Shown piece after piece: positions 60,495 to 64,000 of a stretch of 64,000 bases of DNA. Under the pieces are notes generated by a model. That model saw only the letters and a list, made by a program, of their open reading frames with translations. It was not told where the DNA came from and made no database searches. Positions within the stretch are counted from its first letter, which is position 1; the number at the start of each line of letters is the position of its first letter. The translations under genes and the position numbers were made by a program. The stretch covers positions 1 through 64,000 of the forward strand of contig NIVC01001579.1 of assembly GCA_002269645.1 (NCBI GenBank), read 5' to 3'. Source of the stretch: Macrostomum lignano. Lineage: Eukaryota.

Positions 60495-60619
60495 GATAGC
60501 CCCAGCAGAGCGGCCGTGTCCCACATCCCGGACAACCTTTAATTTTACGGATGGTAGAAATACAATTTCCTAACCATCCTTCTACCCTTTGTGGCGATGC
60601 GTGGAGAGTAATAGCTGGA

Positions 60620-61031
60620 CATCAAAGCCAGCCTATGCCTACAAGCGCCTGCTATAGCTGGAGCCATTCATGCGAGCCAAGATCATTGAGCAGTGTAGAG
60701 TTGCCGGTCAAGCGACTTTCGCGGAAACTGGACCGCCGAACTCGGGATAGTTAGCTAATTAATATAATGCTAGCACCCAGTGGGAGTTACCATGCTTCAT
60801 CTCATTTAGAAAGTTACTAATGCGATCGCACGTTCGACTGAATGACAATATCGGTAATGATAGGCAGATCACAGTTTGGCCAAGGTGTGCCGTGCTCTAC
60901 TAGCTGAGCCTCGTGCACACTACTTCAAAAAGAGAAACAACGCATCAAATTACTTCACCATTCGATGAAATCAGCTGCGCTGTATCAGTGGGAGGCTGCA
61001 GGAAGATGTTTTACAGTAGAAGTTTAGTTTT

Positions 61032-61112
<81 letters not shown>

Positions 61113-62644
61113 CAGCGCACAATCACACAGGGTGTACAGCGGCCCTGACTTTCCCTAGTGTGCACCACAGAATATATACGGCAGAGAAGAATCCGGACCT
61201 TCACCTGAAGGAATCGTTAAACATCTTGACATTCTCGAATGTTGCCGACTGGGAACTTGCCATGCAGACTTTTTGTTCCATCAGTCTCGAACGAGCTGCC
61301 GCAAATGGGATTTCTGAAAAGACATTATCTCGGCACTCGTCCCTGTTTTCGCCACGGGGCCGGGGGATTAAGGAGCTTAAGGGGTGGGCGGGCTACGCCA
61401 CGTTGAAGCTCGACGGCTCAAAGATGAAAGCGACTCAAAGGAAGGCGGACATGGCAAAGGAGAGGAGAAGATCAAAGACGTCTCTGCTGAACCCCCCCTC
61501 CGAGCGCAGCCCGCTGGCCAAAGGCTCCGCTGTTTTCCTTTGATGCCTGCCTGCATAGTTAATTATGGTCGCGAGCCGCCTTTGTGCCTCACTGGCAGCA
61601 GCGGCACACAGAGGGGCTTCCTTTGCCGGCTGGGGTCCCCGGCGTCTGTGCCAGGCACGGCATCGACTGCATGACGAATTGGAAAAGGTGATCAGGGTGG
61701 AGCCGTCTCCTGACCGAACCAGCCGAACCCAGTTCTGTCGTCTCTACTCTTCATCGAGTTCCAGTTGAAGAGCAGAAGCAGCTGAAGCTGAACAATTCTT
61801 TCTCTTAGTCGAAAATTTGAAAGTTCAACAAACAAGCTGGACGAAAACCCTGATACAATATCGCCATGAAGGCGGCATTATTTTGCAAGAATTTTAGGCT
61901 GCAAAATGGAAATATTCTCGGCGCGCCTGCAGCAGCCAATGGGAAGCGGGTTCCCCACTCGCCCCCACCCCGACGTCCGCCCGTAAGGTTGCTGTTGCCA
62001 ATGGCGAATTACAGACTGACTGAAGGGAGACCCCTGAGCAGCAGGTCTCTTCCGCCGGTGCGGAGCGGGGTGGGCGGCCCGCAGGGACTCCGGCTTTGAT
62101 GCTAAAAAAGATAATTTCAACCCTCCCTCCTTCCTCAAAACGGCCGAATCCCCGAAATCCCCTTTCATTCCGAGGCGAATGCAACCCTGCACCGTCTCTG
62201 TGCGCGACTTTTATCTTTTTGAATCGTTTGAAGGGACAAAGGCGCGTTTCATTTTCTAGCCCTGGCCTTCTGTAACCAAAGTCAATAGGACGTAGCATAC
62301 AGGATAAAATAAAAGGATCGCCCTCCCCTCTCAGCGCCGTCCAACCCTCCGCCAGATCAAACGGCGGTAATCAAATTTCACAAAAGCGGGAATTAGAAGC
62401 AGAAAGAATCAGAAGAAAAAGAAGACGCTCTAGAGACAGAAGAGCACACAGGAGAGACGGAAAGTTGACAAAAGAAGCAGACGACAGAGAGAAAGACAGA
62501 GGGGCAAAAGGGCAAAAGCGAGTGAATAAAAGCAAAAAGCGGCGCAAAGCAAGGCAATGTCCGGCTACGAGCATCAAGTGCAGGACTCGCACGGTGAGAG
62601 CGATGCGGCAGCCTCTGTGTATTCAGTCTGGTCCCTCTTTGAAA
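60620..62644. promoter_or_regulatory. Cluster of putative TCF/LEF (Wnt-response) sites upstream of the TCF exon
   Basis: CTTTG(A/T)(A/T) at 60620-27 (-), 61470-77 (-), 61538-45 (+), 62094-101 (+) and 62637-44 (+); three match CTTTGATG. Confidence 0.3.
61035..61092. repeat. (TTAG)n microsatellite
   Basis: Visible. Confidence 0.95.
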
Positions 62645-62817
62645 GCGCTGCTCCTTTTGTCCCCCCCTCCCCACGAACGTCAAACCCCCCCCCCCCCCCC
62701 TATTTATGCATGTCTATAGGCCTTGACTCCCTTCAGGCTCTGCATTTTTTGCTGATAAATAGCAGACAAATTTCACCAGAGGCTCCTCTGCAGTCCGCCA
62801 ATCCCACGCGCTTGCAG

Positions 62818-63569
62818 GCTACGGCCGGCCCGTCTACAACAGCCTGCAGCACTGCAGCTCAGCGTCCGCGGCAGCCGCTGCGGAATCTCTGCTGGCTCCG
62901 CAACCGCCGCCGCCGCCGCCTTCATCGCTGCCGCCGAGTGCCGCAGCAGCTGCCGCATTCTACGGCAGCAGCCCGGTGGACTTTGGCAGCTGCTGGGCCG
63001 CCGGTGGCAACGGCGGCGGCAGCGGCGGCGGCATGGTGGACCACTCGGCTGCGGCGGCGGCGGCAGCTGCGGCAGCTGCTGCTGCGTACTCGGCCAGCAG
63101 CAGCGTTGGCAGCGGCAGCAGATTCGGGATGGTCAGCGGTGGCAGCAATGGCGCAGTCGGATACGGAAGCTTTCATCACCATGCGATGTACACAACGCCG
63201 CCGCCGCCGCAGCAGCAGCAGCAGCAGCAGATGCCGCGAGCTATGCAGCATCATCAATACCACACCGGCCTTCCTGTCCAGCATCAGCTGGGCGGCAGCT
63301 GCGACGCCTACGAAGCCGCCATAGGCGGTGCAGCCTCTTCGTCTGCAATGGGCAGCAGAGGCGGTCAATCCGGAGGCCTCGCCGGCGTCAGCAAGATACC
63401 AAGCGGCAGCGGCGGTGCCAGCGGCAACAGCGGCGGCATCAAGAAGGTGCCGCACGTCAAGAAGCCACTGAACGCATTCATGCTGTTCATGAAGGAGATG
63501 CGAGCCAAGGTGGTGGCTGAGTGCACTCTCAAGGAGTCGGCGGCTATCAACCAGATTCTGGGACGGAAG
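62818..63569 (+). CDS. TCF: TCF/LEF (pangolin-like) transcription factor exon with N-half of the HMG box; gene continues beyond the window
   Basis: Acceptor CTTGCAG|GC, then an Ala/Gly/Gln-rich stretch, then [43 protein letters not shown]|GTGAGG, the TCF HMG signature with its usual intron position. Confidence 0.92.
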
Positions 63570-63659
63570 GTGAGGGCTGTGCCAGCAATTGCAGCAGACT
63601 GAATGACATGCATTGCGCAAAATTAATAGCAGTTGAGCAAGACGGGGGTCTGAATACGC

Positions 63660-64000
63660 TCATACTTACTAAACAGGTGTCTAAACACTCACTAAACAGG
63701 TGTCTAAACACTCACTAAACAGGTGTATAAACACTCACTAAACAGGTGTCTAAACACTCACTAAACAGGTGTATAAACACTCACTAAACAGGTGTCTAAA
63801 CACTCACTAAACAGGTGTATAAACACTCACTAGACAGGTGTCTAAACACTTACTAAAGAGGTGTATAAACACTCACTAAACAGGTGTCTAAACACTCACT
63901 AAACAGGTGTCTAAACACTCACTAAACAGGTGTATAAACACTCACTAAACAGGTGTCTAAACACTCACTAAACAGGTGTATAAACACTCACTAAACAGGT
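63660..64000. repeat. Intronic 23-bp minisatellite CACTCACTAAACAGGTGT(C/A)TAAA
   Basis: About 15 copies up to the window end. Confidence 0.95.

Noticed and set aside
59948-60542. GASGAS/STRGA/APLVL repeat ORFs (silk- or elastin-like)
   Set aside because: Perfect 15-bp DNA repeat with no synonymous variation, no signal peptide and no splice support.
61160-61768. ORFs as the TCF beta-catenin-binding N-terminus
   Set aside because: Only a vague HDELEKVIRVE resemblance, and no convincing phase-1 donor linking it to 62818.

Overview
Eukaryotic genomic DNA from an invertebrate animal. GC-rich exons with poly-Ala/Gln runs, spliceosomal GT-AG introns and a different minisatellite in almost every intron suggest a macrostomid flatworm such as Macrostomum lignano (inference, not verified). 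Five co-oriented minus-strand genes were reconstructed by hand from splice sites and reading phases: a GH35 beta-galactosidase with an N-terminal membrane anchor (30864-53915, 11 exons), a C6orf118-like protein (27137-~29806), a mucin-like protein with a probable GPI signal (19248-~24195), a LEV-9-like WAP + 8xCCP protein (6972-12595), and a low-confidence unknown gene (283-3125). On the plus strand are an intronless PAN/apple + C-type lectin gene (5370-6134), its truncated paralogue (~16697-17160) and the HMG-box exon of a TCF/LEF gene (62818-63569, continuing beyond the window). An AT-rich block at ~44.8-59.5 kb is a nest of decayed transposons: mariner, Chapaev/RAG1-like, Penelope, SINEs and TIR elements. 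Three observations stand out. (1) SINE copies inside the AT-rich block show strongly directional C->T/G->A decay, including many non-CpG CpA->TpA changes, which resembles RIP. (2) Intronic tandem arrays repeatedly contain or duplicate splice signals on the sense strand. (3) The C6orf118-like first exon has no in-frame ATG and may get its start codon from a trans-spliced leader. All exon coordinates and substitution counts are manual and approximate.
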